Shown piece by piece: positions 49,539-59,769 of a DNA stretch of 64,000 bases. The stretch is from positions 27,524 to 91,523 of IMG/VR virus record IMGVR_UViG_3300042335_000796; one strand, 5' to 3'. The notes under the pieces are model-generated. The model made no database searches and was not told the origin of the DNA. It saw only the letters and a list, made by a program, of their open reading frames with translations. Source of the stretch: a virus. Position numbers and translations under genes: made by a program. Each line of letters starts with the position of its first letter. Within the stretch, counting starts at the first letter, position 1.

Positions 49539-49835
49539 ATGAAAAATTTTTTAATAACTGAAAAACAATTAACAAAAATTATGAGCTTAGTTGAGAATGA
49601 AAACTCTCAAAATAATATTGAAGAAACTAAGCAGAAATTATTTACAATAGCGACAATAGCTTATAAGCTTTGGGAAATGGTTAATGATGATGCAAATCTT
49701 AATAAAGATTTTGCGTTAAAAGTTAGCCAATATGAGACAGGGTTAATGTCTTTAATCAAGAACTATATGAGTGATGATGAAAATAAAAATAAATTTAAAG
49801 ATATTAATTACGATGATTTGGTTATTGGTAATTAA
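49539..49835 (+). CDS. Hypothetical protein with ITEKQL leader
   Basis: ATG 49539 follows TATTTATA at 49528-49535. Confidence 0.6.
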   Translation: MKNFLITEKQLTKIMSLVENENSQNNIEETKQKLFTIATIAYKLWEMVNDDANLNKDFALKVSQYETGLMSLIKNYMSDDENKNKFKDINYDDLVIGN

Positions 49836-50112
49836 CGGTATCTTGAACTTTAATTCTCAAATTTCGTAATTCTAAATTCTTTTTTTTCAATTCAGTTCTT
49901 AATTTAAAGTTTTCTTTTCTTAACTGTTCTTCGTTTTTTTCAGCATCATCAATTACTTTTTCATATAATGTTGAATCACTTAATAAACGTTCAACATTAG
50001 AAATTGTTGAGTCATACTTTTCAAAAGAATCTTTACTACTATTGTTATTTTGTAAATTCTTGTTACAAGATAAGAATAATAAAATTGGTACTATTATAGT
50101 TAAATTTTTCAT
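49822..50112 (-). CDS. Lipoprotein, possible o-spanin-like lysis protein
   Basis: Lipobox-like LFLSC and coiled coil; lies in the endolysin operon. Confidence 0.55.
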   Translation of the reverse strand: MKNLTIIVPILLFLSCNKNLQNNNSSKDSFEKYDSTISNVERLLSDSTLYEKVIDDAEKNEEQLRKENFKLRTELKKKNLELRNLRIKVQDTVNYQ

Positions 50113-50369
50113 TTGTCTTGTTTTAATTCATTCAAATATTCAAGCCTGGCTGCAGCTCTGGCAAGTGTTGAATCACTTTTACGTAGTTTATTTTCAAGAA
50201 TTTCAACTTTAATTGTTAATTCTGATGTTAATTTTTCACACTTATCAATTTGTGAAGTATAATTGATTCTATTATCAATATAAAGATAGCCCACAGCTAA
50301 AATGACCATAAAGAATAGTCCTTTAATTGGGTCTTTCATAAATTCTGAAAATGTTAGTGGTAAATTCAT
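50109..50369 (-). CDS. Membrane protein, possible holin or i-spanin
   Basis: One TM plus coiled coil; coupled to the endolysin gene. Confidence 0.5.
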   Translation of the reverse strand: MNLPLTFSEFMKDPIKGLFFMVILAVGYLYIDNRINYTSQIDKCEKLTSELTIKVEILENKLRKSDSTLARAAARLEYLNELKQDK

Positions 50370-50974
50370 GTTGTTAATAAATTAAAAAAACGTTTAAACT
50401 CTTTTATACGGTGAGCCAATCCGATTGTTCCACCATTAACTCTTAATGATACGTTTCTAACAGCAGTATCATCACTACCTCTATCACATAAAGGCCATAA
50501 ATTATTACTGTTAAAAAAGAATCCTGCAGATGTTAAAGGATATTTTGATGCTACAATATCTGGGTTCGATACAGTATCTTCACCGATAAATTGCCCAAAT
50601 CTTTTATAATTTTCTTTACCTGTTAATTGAATATAGCCTCTACCACGAAATTTATAACCTTCTTTAGTAGACTCATCGCCATTACCCATTCTACCACCAT
50701 ATACTCTTGACGCAATTTTTTCAGGGTTTCTTGCGTAAGATTCTGCTAAGTTTTGTGGAAAATATCTCGGAAATATTTTCTTTAATCCATCAACTGAGTA
50801 ATTTAAATTTTCTTCAACAAATTTAAAATTGCCAGATTCATGTGAGCATTGGGCTAAAAAGTGTGCTAATCTTAATGGAGTTTTTATATTGAATTTTTCA
50901 ATAACTAACGGTAATTCATTAATTACCGAATCAGGTATGTGATTCTTTAATTTATTTAAATTAATTTCGCTCAT
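50366..50974 (-). CDS. Glycoside hydrolase family 19 endolysin
   Basis: AHFLAQCSHES, ENLNYS, FRGRGYIQLTGKENY and VNGG..GL.HR. Confidence 0.92.
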   Translation of the reverse strand: MSEINLNKLKNHIPDSVINELPLVIEKFNIKTPLRLAHFLAQCSHESGNFKFVEENLNYSVDGLKKIFPRYFPQNLAESYARNPEKIASRVYGGRMGNGDESTKEGYKFRGRGYIQLTGKENYKRFGQFIGEDTVSNPDIVASKYPLTSAGFFFNSNNLWPLCDRGSDDTAVRNVSLRVNGGTIGLAHRIKEFKRFFNLLTT

Positions 50975-51057
50975 ACCTATAAATATTTAATTTTTTAATT
51001 TTTTATATATTTGTTTACAAAAAAAAATATTTTTTCATATTTATATTAACCTTGTGA

Positions 51058-51120
51058 TTGTTGTCCACCCGAACTTAGAATCGGTTGAGTTGGAGTAACC
51101 GCCAACGAAGTGAACAACAA
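51058..51120 (+). ncRNA. Structured 5' leader (three-way junction)
   Basis: TTGTTGT-C-CAC / GTG-A-ACAACAA closing stem with CCGA/TCGG and GTTGG/CCAAC hairpins. Confidence 0.5.
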
Positions 51121-51144
51121 ATAAACAAATAAAAAAATAAGGAT

Positions 51145-52008
51145 ATGAAAAAAACATTTAACATCTCGGATGCAAATCCGACTGCTTTCATTACCGTCAA
51201 AAAGCAGAGACAAAAACAAAACGGTAAAAACATTTATCTGCACGATAAAACAGAGTTTGAAATTGAACTCTATAATCCCACAAATGATAGTGTAAAAGCA
51301 ACAATTGAACTGAATGGTAAATCCATTTCAACTTCGGGAATTGTTCTCAAACCAGGTCAAAGAGTGTTCTTGGAAAGATTTTTGGATATTGACCGAAAAT
51401 TTTTATTTGACACTTATGACGTTGATTCAAATGAAATAAATTCTAAGGCCATTGAAGATAATGGTTTGGTTGTTGTCAGATTCTTTACCAAATTCATTCG
51501 ACAATATTATGATGCTACAAATACTTTTAATGCAACTCGGTTCAATGATGTTTTTTATACAAATACTTTGGATATCAATAAAATATCATGTTCATTATCA
51601 AAAAAAATTGAAACGGGTAGAGTGGAAATGGGTGATATAAGTAACCAATCTTTTGGGACTTCTTACGAAACATTTAATCCTTGGTCAAGTTGGGTAAGCG
51701 AATGGAAAATTTTACCATATTCAAGTAAAGACCTCACGACTGATGATTTGGTTAAAAAATGTGGTTGTGGACACAAAATCAAAAGCAATTATAAGTTTTG
51801 TCCACAATGTGGAAATCAGGTTATAAGGACTAAAACTGAAATTCATTACACATTAAATACTAATGTAAGTATCAATGGTAAACATTATTTTATGGAGACA
51901 TACCATGATACATTGGATAATTTTCTGAAACGACATGAAAATAAACTAATCTATATCAAAAGCGATTCTCTAACTGAAAATAGTTTAAGGGCTGTCGTTA
52001 TTGATTAA
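51145..52008 (+). CDS. Hypothetical phage protein with a C-terminal zinc ribbon
   Basis: EFEIELYNP...LNG...LKPGQRVFLERF...ETGRVE; CGCG...FCPQCG. Confidence 0.65.
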   Translation: MKKTFNISDANPTAFITVKKQRQKQNGKNIYLHDKTEFEIELYNPTNDSVKATIELNGKSISTSGIVLKPGQRVFLERFLDIDRKFLFDTYDVDSNEINSKAIEDNGLVVVRFFTKFIRQYYDATNTFNATRFNDVFYTNTLDINKISCSLSKKIETGRVEMGDISNQSFGTSYETFNPWSSWVSEWKILPYSSKDLTTDDLVKKCGCGHKIKSNYKFCPQCGNQVIRTKTEIHYTLNTNVSINGKHYFMETYHDTLDNFLKRHENKLIYIKSDSLTENSLRAVVID

Positions 52009-52032
52009 ACAAAAAAAATCACAAGGTTAACG

Positions 52033-52059
52033 ACCCTCACTTAACAGTGGGGGTTTTTT
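52033..52059 (+). terminator. Intrinsic terminator
   Basis: ACCCTCAC-TTAACA-GTGGGGGT followed by a T run. Confidence 0.85.
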
Positions 52060-52089
52060 ATTTCAAAAAAAAATTCTTATATTTTGATT

Positions 52090-52464
52090 ATGAAATTAGC
52101 ATTGATAGCACACGACGGAAAAAAAGCAGATATGGTGGCATTTGTTATGAAACGATTGGAATTCTTTAATCGAGCTGATGTTGAGATATTTGCAACTGGA
52201 ACCACAGGAAAAAGAATTATTCATGCGGGAGTAGAGAAAGTAATAACCTTGAATTCAGGACCTATGGGCGGAGATGCTGAAATTGGTGCAATGGTTGCAA
52301 AAAATGAACTTGATGGTGTTATATTTTTTCGTGACCCGTTGGATAAGCATCCACATGAACCTGATGTACAAATGTTAATGAGGTTATGTGATGTGCATGA
52401 TATTCCGTTGGCGACAAACTACAAGAGCGGACATATTTTGGTTAAATATTTTTCTGAAAAATGA
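52090..52464 (+). CDS. mgsA: Methylglyoxal synthase
   Basis: [38 protein letters not shown] and LATN. Confidence 0.95.
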   Translation: MKLALIAHDGKKADMVAFVMKRLEFFNRADVEIFATGTTGKRIIHAGVEKVITLNSGPMGGDAEIGAMVAKNELDGVIFFRDPLDKHPHEPDVQMLMRLCDVHDIPLATNYKSGHILVKYFSEK

Positions 52465-52820
52465 AGATTAACAGAGAGGATGTTTATTTAAAGTATCACG
52501 GTCATTGCGCCTATTGTGGTGTTGAAATTACAATTAAACAAATGCAGATTGACCACATTGAACCTCATTGGCATACATTAACTGAAATGGAAGCACAAAA
52601 ATCGAAACTAAAAAAAGGTTCACACGACATTTCAAATTTAAATCCATCATGCGCGAGATGTAATAAATGGAAATCCACATATAGTTTGGAACAATTCAGA
52701 GAAGTGATTGAAACATCTTTAAATAGATTGGAACGAGATACACCAAACTTCAGGCTTGCTCGTGATTTTGGATTAATTCATGTGAAACCTTCAAAAATTA
52801 TTTTTTTCTTTGAAAAATAG
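52461..52820 (+). CDS. HNH endonuclease
   Basis: CAYCG...IDHIEP...[13 protein letters not shown]. Confidence 0.9.
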   Translation: MKINREDVYLKYHGHCAYCGVEITIKQMQIDHIEPHWHTLTEMEAQKSKLKKGSHDISNLNPSCARCNKWKSTYSLEQFREVIETSLNRLERDTPNFRLARDFGLIHVKPSKIIFFFEK

Positions 52821-52839
52821 TTAATATTTTTGCACCACT

Positions 52840-53589
52840 ATGACACTGTTTAAGATGTACGAAGTTGGTGGATGCGTAAGGGACGAAATTCTTGGATTGA
52901 AATCCAAAGATATTGACTACGTTGCTGTACCAAACGATGAATTGCTAAAAGATATTAGTTCAGCTCATACCATGTTTGGCATTCTTGAAGGCTATCTTAA
53001 AGAGGAAAGATTTGAAATATTCTTGGTAACTCCAGACTGTTTTACCATCAGAGCAAAGTTTCCAAAAGAACATAAATATCAGGGGGTTGTGGATTTTGTA
53101 ATGGCAAGGAAAGAGATTGGTTATGTGGAAGGAACCCGAACACCGATTGTTGTTCCTGGAACATTGTATGATGATTTGGAAAGAAGGGACTTTACACTGA
53201 ACGCACTTGCAAAAGATGATGACGGTTCCATCATTGATTATTTTGATGGTCTATGGGCTTTGGAAAACAGATTGTTGATTACCCCATTGGATGCACATGT
53301 AACAATGTTGGATGACCCACTCAGACTTTTGAGGGCTTTCAGATTTTCAATCACAAAAGGATTTACAATCTCACCAAGAGTTTGGGAAACTTGTTTGATG
53401 GATAGTGTTGTGGATAAACTTGAAAAAGTTGTTTCACAGGAAAGAATCCGAGAAGAGGTTCTGAAAATGATGAAGCACGATACATTGAAATCTCTTGAAC
53501 TATTTGAGCAAGTTAGAAACCTTAATCCAAGGATTTTGAAAATCATGTTTGGTAACGGAATGTGGTTAAAACCAACAATGGAACTGTGA
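52840..53589 (+). CDS. tRNA nucleotidyltransferase (CCA-adding / poly(A) polymerase head domain)
   Basis: VGGCVRD, KDIDY, DLERRDFTLNA, DDPLRLLRA and ERIREE. Confidence 0.9.
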   Translation: MTLFKMYEVGGCVRDEILGLKSKDIDYVAVPNDELLKDISSAHTMFGILEGYLKEERFEIFLVTPDCFTIRAKFPKEHKYQGVVDFVMARKEIGYVEGTRTPIVVPGTLYDDLERRDFTLNALAKDDDGSIIDYFDGLWALENRLLITPLDAHVTMLDDPLRLLRAFRFSITKGFTISPRVWETCLMDSVVDKLEKVVSQERIREEVLKMMKHDTLKSLELFEQVRNLNPRILKIMFGNGMWLKPTMEL

Positions 53590-53654
53590 AAAAAAATAAA
53601 TTTGAATAATTTAAAAATTTAATTTATTTTTGTACCAACAAATAGGAAAAAACT

Positions 53655-53954
53655 ATGGCAAACTTCACATTTAAAACAAACAAACCTACGGGAAGGTATA
53701 AAGCTTTTTATAACATATCAATTGATATCAAATACGAAAAAGCTATTGTTGGCTCTATTGACCATGACGCACCATATAAGATTCGTTTGATGGTCGAAAA
53801 GACCGATACAATAACCGATAATAACCCAAACTGTTCTTGGAAGTGGATTACGCTTAAATATGAATTTGAAAGCATCGATGCTTCAAAGGAATGGTTACAG
53901 ACAAATAAGGATTCTATTTTGAGGTCATTCACATTGCACAAATTGGAAGAATAA
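53655..53954 (+). CDS. Hypothetical protein
   Basis: 99 aa; TTTG (53601) ... TATTTTTG (53625-53632) promoter. Confidence 0.6.
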   Translation: MANFTFKTNKPTGRYKAFYNISIDIKYEKAIVGSIDHDAPYKIRLMVEKTDTITDNNPNCSWKWITLKYEFESIDASKEWLQTNKDSILRSFTLHKLEE

Positions 53955-53957
53955 GTT

Positions 53958-54227
53958 ATGGCAAAACAATTAAAGATTTGGAACGGTCGTGGTCACGGCA
54001 AACATGACAAAGGGCATATATATGTGGCCGCATACTCACAGAAACAAGCCACTGAATTGGTTAGTTTGGCGTGTTATGAACTCCCTGATATTATCAGTGT
54101 GAATGAAATTAGAAACTATTATAGTCCAGCTTGGGGTAATTCCATGGATGGTATTGAACCAACCGAACCTTGTGTTTATGTTCAAGAAAGGGCATATTCA
54201 ACAGAAAACCCTGTAAGAGTTATTTGA
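53958..54227 (+). CDS. Hypothetical protein
   Basis: 89 aa ORF. Confidence 0.6.
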   Translation: MAKQLKIWNGRGHGKHDKGHIYVAAYSQKQATELVSLACYELPDIISVNEIRNYYSPAWGNSMDGIEPTEPCVYVQERAYSTENPVRVI

Positions 54228-54246
54228 AAATTTTTAAGTATTAGAT

Positions 54247-54705
54247 ATGAAAACAAATAAGAAACCATCAAAAGAAGAACTTTTAAAAACATTGAAAGAA
54301 GTTTCAGATAAATGTCCAACAGCAGTAATTGGTGGTAGTATTACATTTATTTCAAGAGGATTGTTAAGTAGAGAGCCAAATGATATTGATATATTTTTAG
54401 GATTAAATGATTCATTATCAAAAATTGGTATTATGGACTGTTCAATTTCAGAAATTGGTAGTGATACAACAACAGATATTGATGGCGATATTATTCAAAG
54501 AACCCCCATGATATTAAATGGTGTTAAAGTTTGTATTTTTAAAGTTAAAGATAAATATCTTCAGTTTGATGAGGTTTTATACGAAGGTATATTGATTAAA
54601 GCGCAAAAACCATTTTACGGACTTTCAGCAAAGGCGGCATACGCTGAAAAAAACGAAAAACATTTGACAGATTTAAAAGAAATTTTGTTAAAAATGAATT
54701 TTTAA
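54247..54705 (+). CDS. Nucleotidyltransferase-fold protein
   Basis: IGGS...REPNDIDI and C-terminal KH..DL. Confidence 0.6.
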   Translation: MKTNKKPSKEELLKTLKEVSDKCPTAVIGGSITFISRGLLSREPNDIDIFLGLNDSLSKIGIMDCSISEIGSDTTTDIDGDIIQRTPMILNGVKVCIFKVKDKYLQFDEVLYEGILIKAQKPFYGLSAKAAYAEKNEKHLTDLKEILLKMNF

Positions 54706-54709
54706 AATA

Positions 54710-54955
54710 GTGGTTAATTTTAAATTAGAAACATTTACTAATCGATTAGCTAAGATTGGGATTATTGTTAAACTAACATCAAATTATCCATGGATATATC
54801 TTAATGAGATAAATGGTAAGACTATAGTCGAAAAATTTCAAAGCAATCATGGATTTACTATAGCGTTTTTTCCAATAAAAGAAGAACAAGAACTACAATT
54901 CACAAATATTAATATTATTTTTAAGATTATTCGAAAATATAAAAATGAAATTTAG
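54710..54955 (+). CDS. Hypothetical protein
   Basis: 81 aa (NYPWIYL..INGK...EKF..NHGFT). Confidence 0.55.
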   Translation: MVNFKLETFTNRLAKIGIIVKLTSNYPWIYLNEINGKTIVEKFQSNHGFTIAFFPIKEEQELQFTNINIIFKIIRKYKNEI

Positions 54956-55208
54956 AATTACACAAATTATTTACAATCCTAAAGAATTTAAAAATGAGAA
55001 TTTTCTCGCAAAGACAGAATATATAATCGAGAAAAAAACTTTTTGGGGCTGGTGCGAAATATTTCAAAAAGAAATTAACCCAAAAAGAAACTCATTTAAT
55101 ACTTATGAAGCTGCTGAAGCCTATATGTTTTCAAAATATATGGGGCACGGACTTTGTAAAATTAACGGTAATGAATATTCATATGAACCATATGCATATT
55201 TTGTATAA
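54945..55208 (+). CDS. Hypothetical protein
   Basis: 87 aa coupled ORF. Confidence 0.5.
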   Translation: MKFRITQIIYNPKEFKNENFLAKTEYIIEKKTFWGWCEIFQKEINPKRNSFNTYEAAEAYMFSKYMGHGLCKINGNEYSYEPYAYFV

Positions 55209-55223
55209 GTGGATAATACGGTT

Positions 55224-55453
55224 GTAAACTACCCACTCACGCTAAAGCTATGAAAAAACATAAAGAAACAATTGAATGTCCAGAATGTAAAAAAAAACAA
55301 ATAGCTGAAGTTTTACATACATTTCCTTGGTGGTCATACATACACAATTGCGTGAATTGTAACTATACAATTATGGAAAGTGAATGGACTTGCATAGATA
55401 CAGAAGAAGAAATTTATTTGAACAACCCAACCACTAAAGATGGTTTGAGTTTC
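55224..55453 (+). mobile_element. Possible remnants of IS200/IS605-type element ends flanking a small zinc-finger gene
   Basis: GTAAACTACCCACTCACGCTAAAGC (55224-55248) and hairpin AACCCAACCA-CTAAAGA-TGGTTTGAGTTTC (55424-55453). Confidence 0.4.
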
Positions 55454-55468
55454 GGTGAATTTATATAA
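55250..55468 (+). CDS. Small zinc-finger protein
   Basis: CPEC...HNCVNC. Confidence 0.6.
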   Translation: MKKHKETIECPECKKKQIAEVLHTFPWWSYIHNCVNCNYTIMESEWTCIDTEEEIYLNNPTTKDGLSFGEFI

Positions 55469-55648
55469 AAATTTGAAGATAAAACAGATATAAGGACTTA
55501 GGTTACAAAAGAAAATTGTGCCTAACGGCAACAAATAAAACATTGTTTTAATATTTTTTATCATTTGTTAGGCTTTGTCATTAATTTGTTTTACCTTTGA
55601 AAAAAATAAAAATTTGGTTATCTAAAACTTAATTCGTATCTTTACATC

Positions 55649-56248
55649 ATGATTGATAATATTGAACTAATTAAAGAACTTCTCAATTTCCAAAATGAGG
55701 GAGATTTTTATTATTGTCTTATTCTCAAAAGGAAAAAAGACCAACCCGAAGGTGAAAGAGACAATCACCAATCAGTTAGAACAATCAAAACATATTGTAT
55801 TGAAAATATTGAATACCTTGAAAAGAGGTATGATGAAATTAAGCAACTCTGCGAAATGTTCAAAGCTCGTGCATATATTCATGTGCAAAAACAAAACCAT
55901 AGGGATGTAAGCCTGAATATGATGGTTGCACTTGCACAACGCATCCAAGATGGTAGCCATGTGCAGAAAAACTTATTCGACTCCGTTGTTGGTCAATTAA
56001 AAACCTATGAAAAACGTTGGATTGTTGATTTGGACACCAAAGACGAGGATGAAGTTTTAAGAATGACCAAGGTAATCAACGTCACAAGACCCGAAGGAGA
56101 TAAGATTGAAGCAATTATTCCAACAAAGAACGGATATCATTTTATCACAAAGAGATTTGACGTTCAAATGTTTGAAAATGTTTATCCAGAAGTTGATATA
56201 CAAAAGCGAAACCCTACGTTACTTTTTTTACCAGAATCTTTATCATAG
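55649..56248 (+). CDS. Hypothetical protein with AEP/prim-pol-like motifs
   Basis: WIVDLD...IPTKNGYHFIT resembles AEP motifs I and II. Confidence 0.45.
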   Translation: MIDNIELIKELLNFQNEGDFYYCLILKRKKDQPEGERDNHQSVRTIKTYCIENIEYLEKRYDEIKQLCEMFKARAYIHVQKQNHRDVSLNMMVALAQRIQDGSHVQKNLFDSVVGQLKTYEKRWIVDLDTKDEDEVLRMTKVINVTRPEGDKIEAIIPTKNGYHFITKRFDVQMFENVYPEVDIQKRNPTLLFLPESLS

Positions 56249-56285
56249 CAGAATTTTTTCATTTATTTTGATATTTATATCATAT

Positions 56286-56729
56286 ATGAAAAAGGTAATA
56301 AGGTTAAGCGAATCTGAATTAGTAAAATTTATTAAACTTGTTAGTGAACAAGTTACTGCAGAATATGATGATATTTCTGTTGAAGATTATGATGATAATC
56401 AAATGATTAGTGATGAGTTAGTTATTAAATTTTCAAAAAATGCAATAACAACTTTTTTTGCTAAAAGGGATATTAACGTAACTGATGTTAAAGTTGTTGA
56501 TTCAACTCCAGAGGGTGTTGATATAACAATATATTCAATTACAATATTTAGTGAAGAAACTAAGATTAAAAATTTTGATGAAATTGAAAGTGAATTAAAA
56601 ACTTTTACAGAAAAGCTAATTGGTGATGAATATATTGATGAACATCAGTTAATGGTTAACACCGATGTTATGTCAAATGCTGCATCAATAATAATTAATG
56701 GTAAAGATTTTAAAGTAGTTATTGCTTAA
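56286..56729 (+). CDS. Acidic protein with IRLSESEL leader
   Basis: ATG 56286 follows TATTTATA at 56272-56279. Confidence 0.6.
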   Translation: MKKVIRLSESELVKFIKLVSEQVTAEYDDISVEDYDDNQMISDELVIKFSKNAITTFFAKRDINVTDVKVVDSTPEGVDITIYSITIFSEETKIKNFDEIESELKTFTEKLIGDEYIDEHQLMVNTDVMSNAASIIINGKDFKVVIA

Positions 56730-56734
56730 AATCT

Positions 56735-57175
56735 TTAAAATTCATCCTCAAAAAACTCTTCGAACAGTAGTTCAACTTTTTCAATATTTTTAATTAAAAC
56801 ATTTTTACCTTTATTGTTTACGGTTATTTCATTTTCATGAGGATATAAGATTCTATTCGATAATGTTTCTTGAATGTTGATTTGTGATTTTTCAATTACC
56901 GCTGTAACCAAATAAACATTTGTTTGGTAATTATCAACATAACCTCTTGAATCAAGAAGCATTTGTTTGTTCATTCCGAAATGTGAACCAATTTCATTGG
57001 TATTAATGTCAGTTTTAGATTTAGTATTCAAAACTCTATAGGCAACAAGCTTATTTGGTAGTTTTTCAAACCATGTAATCAGCTTTTCCAATTCAACTTT
57101 TGCAGCTTTTTCTGAATAATCCATGCTCATCAGATTTGAGAGAAGTGCGGCTTTGTTTATTGTTTGGCTTGTCAT
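56735..57175 (-). CDS. Possible ADP-ribosyltransferase-fold protein
   Basis: AYRVL...IGSHF...HENEITV (R-S-ExE pattern). Host-type promoter TATATTTG on the minus strand at 57184-57191. Confidence 0.45.
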   Translation of the reverse strand: MTSQTINKAALLSNLMSMDYSEKAAKVELEKLITWFEKLPNKLVAYRVLNTKSKTDINTNEIGSHFGMNKQMLLDSRGYVDNYQTNVYLVTAVIEKSQINIQETLSNRILYPHENEITVNNKGKNVLIKNIEKVELLFEEFFEDEF

Positions 57176-57258
57176 AACGGTAGCAAATATAATTACTTTT
57201 TTGTAAAATCAAAAAAAATATTTACATTTTTATAGATATTTATAAAAAAAATACAAAT

Positions 57259-58179
57259 ATGCTGATAAATGAACTTTTAAATAAAAATGAAAATCCTATA
57301 GACACCTTTGATGAATTTATTTTTAAACAAATTCAGAAAAAATTACCGTTAAGTCAATCACAAATTATTGATGAGTTTATTAAATTATTGCCGATGATAA
57401 ATGTTGATAAAAAGTTTGCTAAAACATACTATAATGTTTTTAAACATAATTTTAGGGAGGACGGTAATTATTCGGAAATCACCTGGCAAGAATTTAAAGG
57501 GTCTGAAAATTGGGAATCAAGAAAAATTCCAAATTCTAAAGCTTCAGAATTTGTTAATAATTTGAGACCATTTAAAGGAAGTAATCTTAGTGCAGAGTGG
57601 GTGACAAAAAATGGAAAACATTATTATGAAGTAAATTCATATGGTTATTATCCAATATACATATATTATGATAATAAATGGTATGGTAATTTAAACAGGT
57701 ATTCGGTAACAACTGCTAAACATATGTCAAATACTCGGCCACATGATGAAATTACTTGGCTTTCACAGAATGAAATGAAAAATTTTGCATATTATCAGTC
57801 ATTTAATGAAATAATTTCAAATAGAAGACAAAAAATTTTAAGTGATAAAAATAATTATATTGGCCGAAAAATAACTTTTAAAAATTTTAATTTGGGTATT
57901 CGTATAATTTTCAAAATTACTGACATTTCAGAAGTTGAAAATGGTTTGGTCATGAAAATTGATGTTGAAGATGTATTCATATCAGATAGAAATTTTAAAC
58001 CAAAATCAAATGAAAATTATTTATTAGGTGAAATTCCAAATGTTAATAGAGAAGTTGTTGAAGATTTAATAATTAATTACATTTCAAACGATGACTATTA
58101 TAGATATTTGGAATTATCATCAGATAATGAATTAATTAAAACTTATGATTTTGAGTTTAATCATTTGAAAGTGTCATAA
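57259..58179 (+). CDS. Hypothetical protein
   Basis: 306 aa (YEVNSYG.YPI...YSVTTAKH); TATTTATA at 57237-57244. Confidence 0.55.
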   Translation: MLINELLNKNENPIDTFDEFIFKQIQKKLPLSQSQIIDEFIKLLPMINVDKKFAKTYYNVFKHNFREDGNYSEITWQEFKGSENWESRKIPNSKASEFVNNLRPFKGSNLSAEWVTKNGKHYYEVNSYGYYPIYIYYDNKWYGNLNRYSVTTAKHMSNTRPHDEITWLSQNEMKNFAYYQSFNEIISNRRQKILSDKNNYIGRKITFKNFNLGIRIIFKITDISEVENGLVMKIDVEDVFISDRNFKPKSNENYLLGEIPNVNREVVEDLIINYISNDDYYRYLELSSDNELIKTYDFEFNHLKVS

Positions 58180-59496
<1,317 letters not shown>

Positions 59497-59523
59497 AAAA
59501 TTATATTGATATTTGAAACAATT

Positions 59524-59742
59524 ATGGAAACAGCAAATAGAATTACTGACAACATTATTGAAAACCAAGGTTCAACTGAAGTATTTATTTCAGCATTAAG
59601 TTTAAAACCGAATCAAACTATTCAAGAGTTTAGTTATGTATTTCCTGGGCATAATTTTCATTATATTTTTTCTGGGAACCCTAATTCAATAAACAAGCTT
59701 AAAAATGATTTTTATATATACGGCTTTGATATGTTTGATTAA
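59524..59742 (+). CDS. Hypothetical protein
   Basis: Short ORF. Confidence 0.4.
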   Translation: METANRITDNIIENQGSTEVFISALSLKPNQTIQEFSYVFPGHNFHYIFSGNPNSINKLKNDFYIYGFDMFD

Positions 59743-59769
59743 TTGAAAAAAAATGTTTATTATTAAATA

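Larger units (their letters stand above)
51046..52030 (+). repeat. Perfect 14-bp inverted repeat flanking one gene
   Basis: TTAACCTTGTGATT (51046-51059) and AATCACAAGGTTAA (52017-52030). Confidence 0.85.

Noticed and set aside
51058-51120. Hammerhead ribozyme
   Set aside because: The three-stem layout is similar, but the CUGANGA and GAAA core is not present (TTGA and GAAG instead).
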